Source: Lama guanicoe
Taxonomy: Eukaryota
Length of the DNA stretch: 64,000 nt
Assembly: GCA_013239625.1 (NCBI GenBank)
Contig: MU054187.1
Location: forward strand, 11,491,231 to 11,555,230
Direction: 5' to 3'
The position numbers and the translations under genes are program-made. The notes beneath the pieces are model-generated. The model searched no databases and had not been told where the DNA came from. It saw only the letters and a program-made list of their open reading frames with translations. Positions within the stretch are counted from its first letter, which is position 1; each line of letters begins with the position of its first letter. This document shows positions 36,701 through 50,569 of the stretch, piece by piece.

Positions 36701-39700
36701 TGGTTGCTACCAAGAGCTCCTTTCCAGGCATTATGTTAAGCATACCATCTCCATCCCCTCACTTACTCGTCACAACCTCTAACTCTCATAAAAGTGAAAA
36801 AACTTGTCCACGGACACAGGCAGCCCACTAAGGTCACCGTACTGTACAGTCCTTGAGGGTGGGATCCCTCAGTGTCCTCATCATGATTTTTCTAGCACTT
36901 GGCACGCTGGGTCAGGCCCCTAGCAGAAACTTTATAAATACTTGTGCATGGACGACAGATGGATGGATGGATAGATGGAGAGGAAGGATAAGAATTTCAG
37001 CAAGATCTGTCTCCTTCCAAAACTGACTCTCTTGACTACTGTACTGTATGTCTTACTCAACACATTCAAGCTGGAGAGGAAATTAATTGGTTAATGAACA
37101 AATAGGATCTGAGTATCTCGACTAATTGTCCACCATAACCTTCTACAAAAGTTCTAATTGACACTGAAGAAACACAAGTGTAATTCAGAGTGATAAATAC
37201 TTCTCTGCTCAAAAGATACAGAACCTATCATGGTCACTCTTAGCTCCTAACATAACTGTGTAACACTGTACAAGCAAAAGACTCCAGCAGCTGCTGCAGT
37301 ATGTCCATTTGCAAGGAGCGTCTCTTCTCCCCCAGAGCACATCCAGTTTGAGTGTAGTGTTCACACATCTCGCAGTCAGACATCATCATCTGACCTTGGA
37401 AGTAGCTTGTGATGCTACAGTACATGCACACCTGATACAGTCTACTTGCATTTAAAAGGTTAATTTAAAAAATATTTGAATACATTTGTAAACTTAGTAC
37501 AAAGTGAATTTCAAACACTACTCTCCTAAAATTAAAGAACTGGCGTAGAAAAGCTGTTAATGCTCTCAGAAGAACGAAACCAACCAAAGCATGTTCATGC
37601 CTCTCTTGCATCAAAAGATGCAATGAGTCTCAAAGGCTGCAATTTGCGTTCAGTGACACTACCTTGAAACTCATCAGCAAACTCCGAATCAGTGGTTGAA
37701 GACGGGTGGCAAATACTTCGTTAATTAGACAACCATAAAAACCACAGTAACTTTTCTTTAGACAGTAACACCCCAACCTAATCTCCTTACCACAGAAGTA
37801 AGTATCTTGATTATTCTCCATTGAAAAACAAAATAAGAGTTTTCCAGGACTACTTCCCTTGTAAAGACAAACACATGTCTAACTCTTTATAATTCTTCAC
37901 GCAAAGGGCAGAAACCCAGGAAAGCAAAAGTGATGCTGAAAGACCACAGTGCTCTGCAAACGAATGCTGTGGCCCCTGGTTCAGTGGCAAAGGCGCTTAG
38001 AGTGAGTGGAAGTAGAATCTTAGAATATCATTTCTCAAAATAGTTTAAAAAAAAACCTAACTGGAAGTGATGACAGTAGAATATGCCTGTTATAATAGTT
38101 CAATAAAAATCACATACGAATATTTCTATACTCCAAAGAGTGCAAGACTCCAGCCTCCTGGCTCTCACTTATATTTGTGTGTCTTCAAGCAAGTTATTTA
38201 AACCTCTCTGGACCTTTGTTTCCTCATATGGAAAATGGACATAATCAGTAATACCTACTGCATGGATTAAATGATGTTTTCCATATAAAAATACCTCGGC
38301 GAATAGCATCAGTCATTTTATTGGCATCACTATTATTACAAAGGCTTCATTCTCAGACCTGTTCAAGCTGTAGAACTTCAAATGTATGGCGCTACCACTG
38401 TCATCATAAATAATGACTTTGTTTCCTATAATATGTGATCAAGTTGTATTTTTCCATTTCTGTTGCTGGGCCTATTTGAAGTTAGGTAAGCTTCAGAGCA
38501 AATCACTATTTACTACCTCACGTGATCCGCGCAACAACACTGACACAGAGAAAGACGGGGAGATACTGTCCTCATCACACTGATAAAGTTCAGGGAGTTG
38601 AGGGACTTGTCCAAAGTCACAGGGTGAGTAACCAGCAGGGCAGGGTTCACAGCCGTTCCATCTAACCCCTCCTGCAATGGCTCTTCCCCTCATTCCAGGC
38701 TCTTCCAAAATACTAACTTCATAATATTTAATTTCAGTCAATACATGTGACCCTAGGAGGGCCAGTAGAAAGACCACAAGCAGGGAGAGTGTAACGTGAA
38801 CACAGATCCACAGCTGCACACACACAAACTCCAGCGGGATGAATTGGAATTGATGAAAGTGTTTCAAGGATCCTCTCCTCGGTGTCACCACCTCCTCCCA
38901 GGGCACAGAGGCCCCCAGTGCGATGATAACATATGAGCCCAGTGGTGCTGAAGGTCCCAACCCCAGTACCAGAAAGCATTCACCTCCCCCTCACCACCAC
39001 CCACCCCACCTCCCGCCCGCTTGCCTTCACAGTCCTCTCTACTTCTCTCCTAGGCAAGCCTTTTTTATGGCCAGAACAAAGCTTATCCTTCCCTGCTCTT
39101 TGCTCAAGCTGCTCCTCTAAAGAGTTAATGCCTTTCCTCCAAACTCCAAATGATCAAATTCTGCTTTTCCTTAAAAGCCTGCTTAAAAGCCATTTTAAGG
39201 GATGCCATGAAATGCAACTCAAACACACCACTCCGCCAGGCAAAATAATCCCTGTAACCCCAAGCTTCTATTAATTTATTTAAACAGCTTTTTCTAAACT
39301 TATATTGTAAGCTTTCTCTCTCCTCTTAGATCTGTAAGCAAGTAAGCAGGGTCCTGGTATGAGTCTTTATATTTGCTGCATGCATGGAACTTCATCTCGA
39401 CCACGTAACACAACACAAGCAAATTGTTACGGAAGTTTAAGGTAATTTTTTTAAATGAAAAAAGAACTTTAAACTCGAAAACTATGTCAGATGAGAAATT
39501 AAAACTATTTTTTAATTCTTGTTCAGATACATTTCTTAATTCATGTCACTTACATGCATAGAAAGCACTTTAAATACAAAAGATTAAATGAAATTAAATA
39601 AGTCCTTCAAAAATATGAATCTCTGCTTAGAGAACAAGAAGGATTCAACTGACACAGATTCAAAAAAAAAAATCAAGGCGAGTTTTAAAAAGAATTTGTT

Positions 39701-41788
39701 ATCCCTGTTTAATCTTACTGTGATCTGACAGACCACCCTCTACTCTTCATCAATCTGAGTATTTCTTGACTATTTGTATTTGTTATCTGTCTGGAAAGGA
39801 AGGAAAAACTACGTGATCTGGGAATGAAAGGCCTTTTATCAAAACACAGGAGACTACCATTGTATAAACTGCATTGGCAGTGATTAAAAAACAACAAAAA
39901 CAACAACAACAAAACTGCTGGTGACAAAACCAGAATGGCACTGGGCGCTGTGTGACAATGTTTCTCTAAACCCAGATGTCAGAACGTGGGATGAACAAAC
40001 TCCTGTGTTAGATTTACTCAATCCTGCCCCTCTTTACCGAGGAGGCCATGTTCAGTGCCTACTGCCTTAGCCACACCACAGAACTCTGCAGCCAAGCACC
40101 CAGGTCCAGCTGAAGCCTTTATTCCATTTTTCCACAAGGAGCTGTTATCTAGCCTCTGCCTCTACCAGTAATTAAGAGATGGCCTTGGTCAATATACATT
40201 CATTACACACTGATACCCACCCAGCTCGGCAATGTACCACTCCCAGCAACCCTTGAAGTCAAATGGCGATAACCAGACGGCTCTGCTCCCGAGTCTGGTT
40301 GGAACAGGGACACACAGGATGGACTAGCAGTGTTTCCCAATGTGAGTCCCAAGGAACACTGTTCATGAGAAAGAATGCTTTAAAAAAGTCGGAATTCATG
40401 GTCAAGTAAGTTTGGGAAAGACTGCACTTTGAACCTTCCTTTGGGAGTTCCTCAATGCACACTGGCATACTAAGGGTTACGAAAAGTCCTGCAGCAAAGA
40501 TCTCTGTAATACTGAAACTTAATTTAGGTAAAGCTGAGACTACATTTGACAATTATGTGGCATCAGATCTAGCCACAACTCTTGGTTTCCCCATCCAAGA
40601 ACTGTCACTCAACAAAGCTTAGTGTAAGAATTAAACTAAAAATGGGATGTTAAGGATTTCTCACACCCAAACTCTAATGTAATCTGTAAAATTTACCAAT
40701 TTTACCTTAATATAAGGAAAACATGTATTTTTTTTAAAACCAACAGAGAAAACCTATTTTTAGGTGACAATTACAAGGTCCACAGCAGTACACTCTTTAT
40801 AAAAAGATTTGCTATCATGGACCCACAACCCAATATGTATGTCTTTTTATGTGCAAAGTGAAAACAAAGTGATAGAGAACAAAATGATTACCCAGAGATT
40901 TCAAGTCAACTTCTCTTTCTACAATAATAGTTTTGTGTGTTAATTGTCAGATAGTCCGAGCTTGCTGGGTTTAAATGTGGACGTGGAGGAGAAAGTGGAA
41001 GCCAAGGCCATCGGAAAAGGTCTCATAATTCTCCACTTAACTGTTTGTATTTTATAGTAAATTGAGCCTCAGGAAGATCATCTTGGAAACCACTAAGGAA
41101 ACATCCAGAATATTATATGAAATACACTGAAAATTCCAATATCTGAGAATTCATGTTGCCACATTTCTGAGCATCTGATTTATCATGAAAAAAAGATTTG
41201 AGCACTAAGCACCATGGGCATGTGGACCGAAGTCTTCTAAAACTCAGTTTTCCCAGACAGAAAACATCATCCGAAACAAAATTCACAGACCTGCTTTCTA
41301 ACTTCAAGCACCTCCAGTAATTCAGATAAAATCTGTTCATATTTATGAAGAGAAAATCTTAACGCTATGAAACTGATCTGCATTTCAGGTTATCAATTAT
41401 TTAAAATTTCTATGTTTCAGATTATCAAGGTTTTAAAATTTAACACTTTAAGACTCAAGTCAACCCATACAAACGTTTATTCAGATTTAAGTTTAAATGC
41501 CTTGCCTGTCTCACCCTTTTTAATTGAGAACCGTAACAAGAGAAATATGCAAAGTTCTCCCTTTTCCAAAACACCATCGGGAAAAATGTCACACAGATAA
41601 TTCAATCGGAATCAAAGAGAAAACATTCAAAGACTTCCTCCTCCCAAAATCTGAGGAGGGAAGGTTGCTGCTAATGAGCTTGTTAACACTCTGTGATGTT
41701 AGAAGGAACATGCTCCTCACTCTTGGCATTCTCGTTTAGTGGACAGAAATGGTCATGGTTTCAAGGAGCTCTCACGGCAGTGCCTTAC

Positions 41789-41953
41789 CAGTGTAGATGC
41801 TGGCATTGGAAGCCGGAATACCAAACTGTGACTCGATGAACTTGGGAATGAAGGTAATGAAAGCAGTCACAATGGCACTCTCAGCTGTGTATGACAAACT
41901 CACAAAAAGGAATGTCATGTTGCTTAAGATCCTGACAGCTGCTCGTGGTAGGT
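41789..41953 (-). CDS. SLCO5A1: SLCO5A1 coding exon 5 (165 nt)
   Basis: (D)LPRAAVRILSNMTFLFVSLSYTAESAIVTAFITFIPKFIESQFGIPASNASIYT, containing the OATP 'F.PK..E.QF' motif. Acceptor ttttgtAG at 41955-41954, donor GTAAGG at 41788-41783. Confidence 0.97.
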
Positions 41954-44155
41954 CTACAAAATGACAAGAATGACAAATGAACGTTATACACGAGGGATGG
42001 AAAATAAGATCAAATTGAATTGCTTTTGAAAAGAACTGGAAGTAGCCATTCAGCAATACAGAAAACCCTAAAGACTGATTAGAACTTATCCCCTTTATGA
42101 AGTAGACTGGGGCTTTTCTTTTCAATTTTTCAACTAGGATAAGGAAACTGAATAAAGAATCTAAAAATATACCCATACACAAACGTCCGTATCAGAAGTA
42201 ATCAACCTATGACTCCTGTTTCAAAAATGGCTTGAAATAAATGACTTGCAATCATTATTGATTAAAATGATGCTATTCTTTGATAAGACCCTAAAGTCTA
42301 CTAGTACATGTGTTAAGTTCCTGCAATATAATCCCAAATTTCGGGTTCCACTTCATCCCACTAACACCTCCCTGAGAAGGCGCACTTCTGAGATGCCACC
42401 TCCCTGGCCTGACGTGGCAGACGCCCACAGCAGAGGAACTGGTCCATGATGGTGGACACTGGTTCTCCCAGCCTCTTTGTAAAACAGGACAGAATACAGC
42501 TACAGGGCATAAGGGACAAGGCCACCGGGTCAGACACTCCCAGGGACTTTGGACTGGGGAACAGAAATGGTCTCCAAAGGAGCAGGACAGCCCAATGAAG
42601 GGAGTCACATCTCACTTTTGAGTCTAGGAATTTACTTCATAGAACTTCCACACACATGCTTCAAGAGGTATGTGCATTTTCATTGCAGTGTTGTTTACAA
42701 CAGCAAAAACGTAGGGGAAAAAGCTAAATGTCTATCAATGGGAAATGTTTAAATTAACTGTAGCATAGCCATGTAATGAAATACTATGTAGTAATAAAAA
42801 ATGAAATAGAGCTATATGTATGGCATAAGAGGAACTCCAAGAAATATTTTTATTGATGAAAAAAGCAAGAAATACACATATACATGTGCGTAACTATATA
42901 TATATATAAATTTAGGTAAAAATCAAACCAAAACAATGTATTTATATACAGTCGAATGTATTCTTTTCAATATATATAACACCAAGAAATTCTGGGAATG
43001 GGATTAAGAAGATTGGAAAGAGAAATTTAAAAAGATTATTGGGTAGATGCTGTTGTATTTTTTGCATGTTTGTAATGTGAATTAACTCACGTGTGTGATT
43101 TTTACATATCTTCATAGAAAAGGTAAAAAGCTGCATTACTTTGACATGCACAGTCTCACTTATCAGAATAATTATCTCCTTATGCTACAACATATTAAAA
43201 TCATTCCATAGAAATTAAGCAACCACTGTTATTAAGGCTATAATTCATAGCCTATTCACCAGAATCTAAGATTTCAGAAGTCATGACTATTTGCAATGAT
43301 CATTGTAAAGTGTAAACTAACTTTAATGTTCGATAGCATCATTTAATTGCTTCAAGTTAAAATAAATATTTTAAAAGAAATCTTAAGATGCATACTTTAC
43401 TTTCTTAACATGGATAAACACACCAGAAAAAATATATATATAATCAAAGTACTTCATAAAATTACCCAATATTCTCTTGTAAACAGCAAATCAAAGTGTC
43501 ATTTCCAACATTAAAAATTAGAAAGTTCAGAAGATTTCCTATCAACATTTAAAGATTCAAATTAAGTTTAGCTGGTCTACTAAAAGCCAATGTGCTGAAA
43601 CTAAAACACCTGGGAAAAATATAAAATAAAATGTTTAAATCCAAGAAGATAACAGATGTATCACATGAATATTTTTAAAGATACTAGTCATATAAAACTG
43701 GTTTTTCTTTTATACCCTTTTGGTATACGGTAAAACAGCCTTCTAATTTCAAAGCTAACTAAAAATAACACATGTTTCTCTTCTTTCATTACAAAAAAAA
43801 AATCCCTATTGTTATTTAAGGACAATTTAGCAAAAGTTCAGACTTTCTACAACTTTAAGTTAGCTTCCTTCTATCTTCCACCTTCCTCTTCCCCTTTTAT
43901 TGGAGCTAAACTTTCAAACTACATGCCCTGCAGGAGTAGGGGGCCAGGTCTCCAGGGTTGTGTCTTTAGCTGGTGGGGCTGGTTATTTGTTTACATACAG
44001 GGGTAGGGGAGTGAGTAAATCAGTAAATACACTGAGACTAATGGGAGTCAGTTTTCTAACTGCCTGAGAGGAGAGTCACAAATACAGAAAGGGGACAGTT
44101 ACATTGGAACTGGAGATAGTGGTATGAATTCATGAGATGATAGATAGACAGACAG

Positions 44156-44157
<2 letters not shown>

Positions 44158-44226
<69 letters not shown>
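44158..44226. repeat. (TG)~34 perfect microsatellite
   Basis: Read directly from the sequence. Confidence 0.97.
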
Positions 44227-44228
<2 letters not shown>

Positions 44229-44365
44229 ATACACTTCCTGTTACCAACACGGCTTAGAAGTAATGACACCCTGGTAGCAATGAGCCCACCTAGCACCCAG
44301 TTCTTGTTTGCTAAATGCCATTTTCCACTGAAAGGAATCAGAGCTCCTTGAATAAATGTCTAATA

Positions 44366-44622
44366 CACGGTTAGGTAAGCTTCCTTCAGGCATGAGTGAT
44401 ACAACTGTTGGCTGTGGGTTCAATGTTAAGGAACCAACAATATATATTAAATAAGCTGCCTTTGAAGATAAACACACCTGAAACAAGGTTATGTATTGAC
44501 GTATGATTATGTTTTAATAGGAATTGAACCTGGATCTCCCCCAGAACAACGCTTCAGTTTTCAATATCTTGTTTCCCATGACTTTATAGAACACAACTAC
44601 TGTAAATAAGAAGAATCAACTG
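44366..44622. mobile_element. Tigger-family MITE fragment (MER82-like)
   Basis: 'gttcaatgttaaggaaccaacaatatatattaaataag...aacaaggttatgtattga...actttatagaacacaactactgtaaataagaagaatcaactg'. Confidence 0.7.
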
Positions 44623-46201
44623 CATTTACAAAACTATTATCCCACAAAGTATTTTTAAGTTACATACAGATTTATGAAATCAATAGACTTAGTAACTTTC
44701 AAGTACAGAAACCTGGCAGATCCAATCTTACCCAAGACATAAGAATGTACCTAACTGCTAACAGGGTAAACTCACACTGTGTGGCTTCTATGATGAGGCA
44801 CCGAGTACATCACCCTTTCAGTGGAATGTCTACAAGGGAGAATCAGCAAACCCAAATTGAGGGACATCTATAGACTTACTAGCTTATACTTTTAAAAAAA
44901 AAAAAAGATCAAGATCATAAAGATAAGGGAAGATGAGGAACTGATCCAGACTGAAGGAGACTAAAGGACACCACAGTGAAAGACAACATGTGATGGCAGA
45001 CTGGATTTTAGACATTTTTGTTGGGATAATCAGCGAAATTTGAATGAGGCCTGTGGTCAAGAGAGTGACCCCTGTTAATAGGTCTCATAATTTTTCTGAC
45101 ATAGATACTTTGGGAAATAATTTCTCTTCTTGTGAAAAAAAAAAAAAAGATTTACCTTAAGTTCCGTAGCCCATACAGTTGATTTTCCTTATGTTTAAAT
45201 GCCAGTAAAATAAGCATCTTTTAAAAAATAATTTGAGATGAAATTCACATGATGTAAAATTAACTATGTTAAAGTCAACAATTCAGTACATTCACAATGA
45301 TGTGCAACCACTACCTCTATCTAGTTTCAAAATATACTTTTTTATTATTAAAAAAATTTAAGCACTGGTGCTCAAGAATGAGGTTGGAATTCACTTTTAT
45401 TTTATTTTTTATATTCTTAAATACTTTCTAAATGTACTACCATGAACGTGTATTGTGTTTATATTCCAAAACAAACAAATGAAAAAAAAACTGCAATTTT
45501 AAAAGGAGGCAGACATATGTCATCTTCCAAGAGAAGTCATCCCTGACTCAGGCAGCTAACTTAAGAATTCCTTCTTCCTCCTCCTCCTCTAATGGACACA
45601 CTTCCTTAAAATGTACATACCTCCATTTTAAGACATATTTTATTAGGTTTATTTTCTTTTCTGCCTCTGTCTTGAGTTCTTTGTCCTGTAGTGGCTCAAT
45701 AAAGACATTTGTAGGGGGAAAAATAAAGCAAAGAGAGATGTTTTCTTAAGATCGATACTGCCAGCCATCTCTTTCAATAATTAGAATGATACTTGAGAAC
45801 CAGTCTAGTCCCTTCCTTAAAGTCTTAGATAATATCAAATTCTTAAATAAAAGTAAAATATGAGGGAAATATCAACTGAACAAGCAGATAAAGGGGCTTA
45901 AATAGACTAAGTCAAACCAGGCATAGAATTCACATTGGTCACAAAGAGACCAGGAGTAAAAATGGAAACACCAGAGTGGGGGTCATTGTTACATAAAAGG
46001 CTGGGATTTCTATTGTAAGTTATAAAATAACATGATGTGTCCAAAACACAGGGTGTTTTTCAAAGCACATGGGCAGGACCCAAGGGCTCAGCTTCAAGGG
46101 CTCAGAAAAGGCCTCTGGAGGGTGGGGCAAGGGAAGGAGGTGGAAAGAATTCCATGTGATGATGATGGTGGAAAATCGGGCCAGATGACAATGTGCTCTG
46201 G

Positions 46202-46312
46202 AGGGGTAAGGGGTATAGCTCAGTGGTCAAGCATGTGCTTAACATGCACGAGGTCCTGGGCCCAATCCCCACTACCTCCATTTAAAAAAAGAAAAAAAAA
46301 TTGCAAAACAAG
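46202..46312 (+). mobile_element. tRNA-Ala-derived SINE (Vic-1-like), short form, copy C
   Basis: 'ggggtatagctcagtggtcaagcatgtgcttaacatgcacgaggtcctgggcccaatccccactacctcca' plus an A tail. Perfect 12-bp TSD aatgtgctctgg at 46190-46201 and 46313-46324. Confidence 0.9.
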
Positions 46313-46349
46313 AATGTGCTCTGGCTGTAACACATAAGCTTTTATAGCA

Positions 46350-46865
46350 ATCACTTTTTTTCATCTTTTATAACACTGACATCTTTAAATCCTTGCTGGC
46401 TGGGGAGAGACTGGACAACCAATTCTTAGAGATAGCAAGGGCTCAACTGGGAGCACAGTTTTTGTAGGGAAACCAAGCAATCCTGAGTCTACAGCCCCAA
46501 CCGCCTCCCCAGCTAACCCTCACACACCAAGCCTGTATTTCCTCTGCCGTGAACCATCCAGGGCCAGGAACCAGACAGCTAGACATCATCCCTACAGCCC
46601 AGGGCCTGCTGGAATTACTCAGATTAGCCAATAGTACGCTGTTTACTCTGCCCTACCTGGCTTTCCCATGGAAACCCCGATAAAGGCTCTGTCCTTGGCT
46701 TCCCCCTCGCTCCTGCTTTTGCTTCCTGACTAGAACCTGGTGCTTTCCCTGTGGCCTTCATGGCATGGCATGTCCCCATCTCTTGGGGAACGTAAGTGAA
46801 AATTCTTTTTTCAATGGCGCTGACCTCCTCATGTGGTCACTTGGTCACCTCCATAAATTATAATC
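46350..46865 (+). mobile_element. ERVL-type solo LTR (MER74-like)
   Basis: 'caattcttagagatagcaagg...ccagggccaggaaccagacagctag...attagccaat...ggaaaccccgataaaggctct'. Family assigned from memory. Confidence 0.55.
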
Positions 46866-47707
46866 CTACAGGTATAGGAACTGCTTCCTTTAACATCTCT
46901 CCACAAAATTTCCTTTACCTCTAATCTTTTAGTTCTTATTATTTGTACACTTTTAAGCCTTCAGATGCATCAAAAAGCTGATGGAAATATGCCACTACCA
47001 TATAGTGAAAACCTCAATGACCCCCTTTAATAGACACAGCTTTTCGATGCCTATTACCCTGGAACATCGAACTATTTCTGGTCCTGTCTCTCTGTAAAAG
47101 CAAAACCATAGTTGCTCTTCATATGAAACACGGCCAACGCAGGGCCCACGTGTCCTCAGCTCCTGTCCATTTTCTCTGAAACTAATAACCCCCTGGGCTC
47201 CCCAGTCACAAATCCCCATGAAAGTGTTCCAGTTTCTCATCCCCGTCCACAACATACTGGCAAACAGCATTCCCTGCTTGCCAATAGAAAAGCAGAAGGA
47301 AGTGGAAGGCCCTGGCACACCACAGTCACTGCTGGGCGAGCACACAGAGCTCCTGAACCACTTGCCTGCAGACAGTGAACAGAAATGGTGGCCGGCAGAG
47401 CCCAAAATCACTATGGTTCCTGGCCACAGTACTGTCCTGCTTGTTTAAGTCAACACTAATGAGTATTTTTACGTATCTTCCTAAGTAGATGCTAATCTGA
47501 TGAGTAGTAGCCCCACAATTAATTTGCACTGAGTACTAAAAGTGTTTTCTTCTTTAGACATTCTTCGCCAGACCTGTCACCATTTACATTTTGTCTCATA
47601 AGCTGCAGGTCCAAATCTAATGGTTCAGCTTGCCATAAGAAAATATGCGTACAGCAAACTAAATGTAAAAGAGAAATGAAACAAAGGGTTAGAAATAGAG
47701 AACATGA

Positions 47708-48170
47708 AATGAATGGATTAAGATGTGGCATATATATACAATGGAACACTACTCAGCCATGAAAAAGAATGAGGTTTTTGCCATGTGCAACAACGTGGAT
47801 GGACCTAGTGGGTAAGATAAGTCAGACTGAGAAAGACACACATTCTATGTTATCACTTATATGTGGAATCTAAAAAATAAACAAATGTATATAGCAAAAC
47901 AGAAACAGACTCACAGATACAGAGAACAAACTAGTGGTTACCAGTGGAGGAGGGAGGGGCAAAATAGGAGTAGACGATTAAGAGATACAAACTACTATGT
48001 ATAAAATAAATAAGCAACAAGGATATATTGTACAGCACAGGGAAACAGAGCTATTATTTTGTAATAACTTTACATGGAGTATAATCTATAAAAATATTGA
48101 ATCACCATGTTGTACACCTGAAACTAATATAATATTGTAAGTCAACTATACTTCAATTTTTAAAAAGAAA
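47708..48170 (+). mobile_element. L1 3' end (laurasiatherian/artiodactyl-type)
   Basis: 'aatggaacactactcagccatgaaaaagaatga...acagactcacagatacagagaacaaactagtggttacc...gtacacctgaaactaatataatattgtaagtcaactatacttcaa'. Confidence 0.88.
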
Positions 48171-48398
48171 CTTAAATAATAAATTCATATTTCCCTGAAA
48201 AAAATGAAATAAAGGAGATGTAAATAAAGCAGAACATCAGAGCCAAAGAAAGGATTAAATTCTTCAGATTCTTCCTGGGCTTCAAATTTGACTCTCAGCA
48301 TCCCAGCCACCAAAAGCAAAAAGTTGTATACTCATTATTAGCAGAAACTTTCCAATTTCCCTGTGGAATACAGAGCTTTTCCTAACTACGTTCTAGAG

Positions 48399-48578
48399 CA
48401 GTGACTGTCACAGTGTGGTCCCTGTCCCAACAGCATCAGTATCACCTGGGACTTGTTAAAAATGCAGTCTCAGGCCACACCTCAGGCCTCCTGAGTCAGG
48501 CACTCTGGGCTGGGGTTCGGGACTCTGGGTTCTAAGCAGCCCATGTGCTTCCTAGGTGGGCTAGGTCTGAGAACCACC
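48399..48578. mobile_element. MER5A-like hAT-Charlie MITE
   Basis: 'gtgtggtccc...cagcatcagtatcacctggg.acttgttaaaaatgca...tgagaaccac'. Confidence 0.8.
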
Positions 48579-49019
48579 ATTCTCAAGAAATAGAATTTTA
48601 CATAAAGGGCACTGAGATATGCTCTTAGGGCAAACATGGGGAATTCAAGCAACAGTTTTCAATAAAAGCTGCCAACCTAAAACTAAAATGCAATGCAGCC
48701 AAAAAGCAAAGGCAGAATGCAAGAGGGCTAAGACGGCATGGCCCAGGGTCATGGCTTTTGGTGATCCCTCTCTGCTGAGTCAAGTATTGCCTCTAACATA
48801 CTCCATGCTACACTGGGTTTTCAAACACCTAGCAAAGGACCACACGCTAGGGTTCTGGATGTTCTTAGGCAGCTCAAATTCAGAATTTATTTCTTCTGCC
48901 CCTCTATTCTTCTCTCCATCATCTGAGGTTGAAACCCTGAACCATCTTTGGTACCTCTTTCCCCATCATTCCCTGATCAGCTGCCACATCCTATAGACAC
49001 ACCTCTTCCTTCCCTCCTC

Positions 49020-50290
49020 ATCATTCAATAATTCATTCATCAAATATTGACTGAGTGTCTACTAGATGGTATGATTTCATCAGGGAACACGATGAGCAAA
49101 AAATCCCCTTGATTGGAGCTTACTTTCTTATTGCTGAGGTGATAAATAAGACAAATAAGTAAAATGCACAGTATGTTAGCTAGTGATGAGTGCTAAGCAG
49201 AAAAATAAAAGAGGGAGAGAGAAGAAGGTAGACATTTTTAAATAGGGTAGCCAAGAAAGGCTTCATTGAAAAAGGGTCATTTGAGTCATTTCCTGAAGAA
49301 GTAGACTGGGGAGAAAAAATTCCCAACAAAGGAATAGCAAGTGCAAAGGCCCTGAGGTGAGAATGTGCCTGGCACATCTGAGGACCAGTGATGAGCCCAA
49401 TATGGCTGAAGGAGAATGAACAAATGGGACTGCAAGAAGGAGATGGGGTCGAGCAGGTAACCAGGGGTTAGATCGTGGTCCTGGTAGGTCACGTAGGGAG
49501 GGGACTCTTCTGTAAGATGGGAGACCATAGAAGCTTGGAGCAGAGGAGTGGCGTTTTAGCAGGATCCTTCTGGCTACAGAGTTGAAAGCAACTGAAAGGG
49601 GACAAGGGTAGAAACAAGGAGACCAGCTGAGCAGGCTACTGTCTTTTCCTTCTCTACAGGCCAAACCATCATCACTTCTCCCTCGGGCTCTGTCCATAGC
49701 TTTCTACCTGCCCCACCCCAAGTCCATTCCACTCCCTTCCCTCCCTAACCTAACCTAATTGAGCCAAATGCTGCTCAAATCTCCCCACTGCCCAGTGAGG
49801 GCAGATTCAGTTAAAGGTGAGAACTCTAGCTCTCTACGCACAATATGGCCCTGCCTTACCTTCCCAAACTTACCTCCCAGGCCTCTGCCATGTATCTCCG
49901 ACCACAATACACGTGCTCAGCATTTTCAAATACATCTCCACAGTCTGACCTTCTTGCCTGTGCTCTCTCTGACTGCAATACTCCCACTAGCCCACCTCCA
50001 CCTACTGAGATTCCCCCGGTCTTCCAAGGGACATCACAAATCCCACCTCCTCTGGGAAACCTTTCCTCATCCCTCAGCTAGACGCTCACTCGCTGCCTTT
50101 CACCCTCACACCACTGTGTCTCGCCTTTATTTTTTTTTTTTGGCCGTTGGTGTATTCTTATCTGTACTTGTCCTGTCTCCCTCAGTGTACTACAAGTCTC
50201 TGAGGGCAACTACAGCTCACTCATCTTCACATCTGCCCACAGCCTGGAAAACAGCAGCTTCTGGAGAGTGAATAGTCATTGAATTAAATG
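49020..50290. mobile_element. L2 fragments (minus-strand copy about 49020-49640, plus-strand copy about 49650-50290)
   Basis: 'attcatcaaatattgactgagtgtctact...gcaagtgcaaaggccctgaggtgagaatgtgcctggcacat', then pyrimidine-rich L2 sense text ending 'gtcattgaattaaatg'. Confidence 0.7.
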
Positions 50291-50458
50291 ATGACAATGT
50301 AATTCTCTAGTGATCAAAATTCTGTAAGTTCCAATGGCCTCTTTAAATCAGTTCTTCACCTCGGAGTGACTATTTTACTTAATTAGGGTTATAAACATAG
50401 CATACTCTAGAAAGATTTGTTTGGTTTTTGTTCTGAGATTAGGAGTTTTGTGACCCAA

Positions 50459-50569
50459 TAAGGTGACCAGCTATCAGTCTGTCCAGGACTTTTCTGGTTT
50501 TAGCACTGAAAGTCTTACATCCTGGAAAACCCGTCACTCCCTTGCACACCAGGTTGGCTAGTCAACCTT
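50459..50569. mobile_element. MER81-like hAT MITE
   Basis: 'aggtgaccagct...ggttttagcactgaaagtc...ggctagtcaacct' with degenerate terminal inverted repeats. Confidence 0.75.

Larger units (their letters stand above)
44030..45060 (+). mobile_element. L1MC-like 3' UTR fragments hosting a microsatellite and a MER82-like insert
   Basis: 'aatgacaccctggtagcaatgagcccacctagcacccag' and 'aaacccaaattgagggacat...gatccagactgaaggagactaaag'. Confidence 0.65.

Noticed and set aside
46208..46280. tRNA-Ala-like sequences (also at 18945 and 20265-20340) as real tRNA genes
   Set aside because: The stems are broken, each has an A-rich tail, and two have TSDs. They are SINE heads.
49263..50271. 144-aa and 170-aa ORFs
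   Set aside because: They fall within decayed L2 sequence and show no RT or endonuclease motifs.
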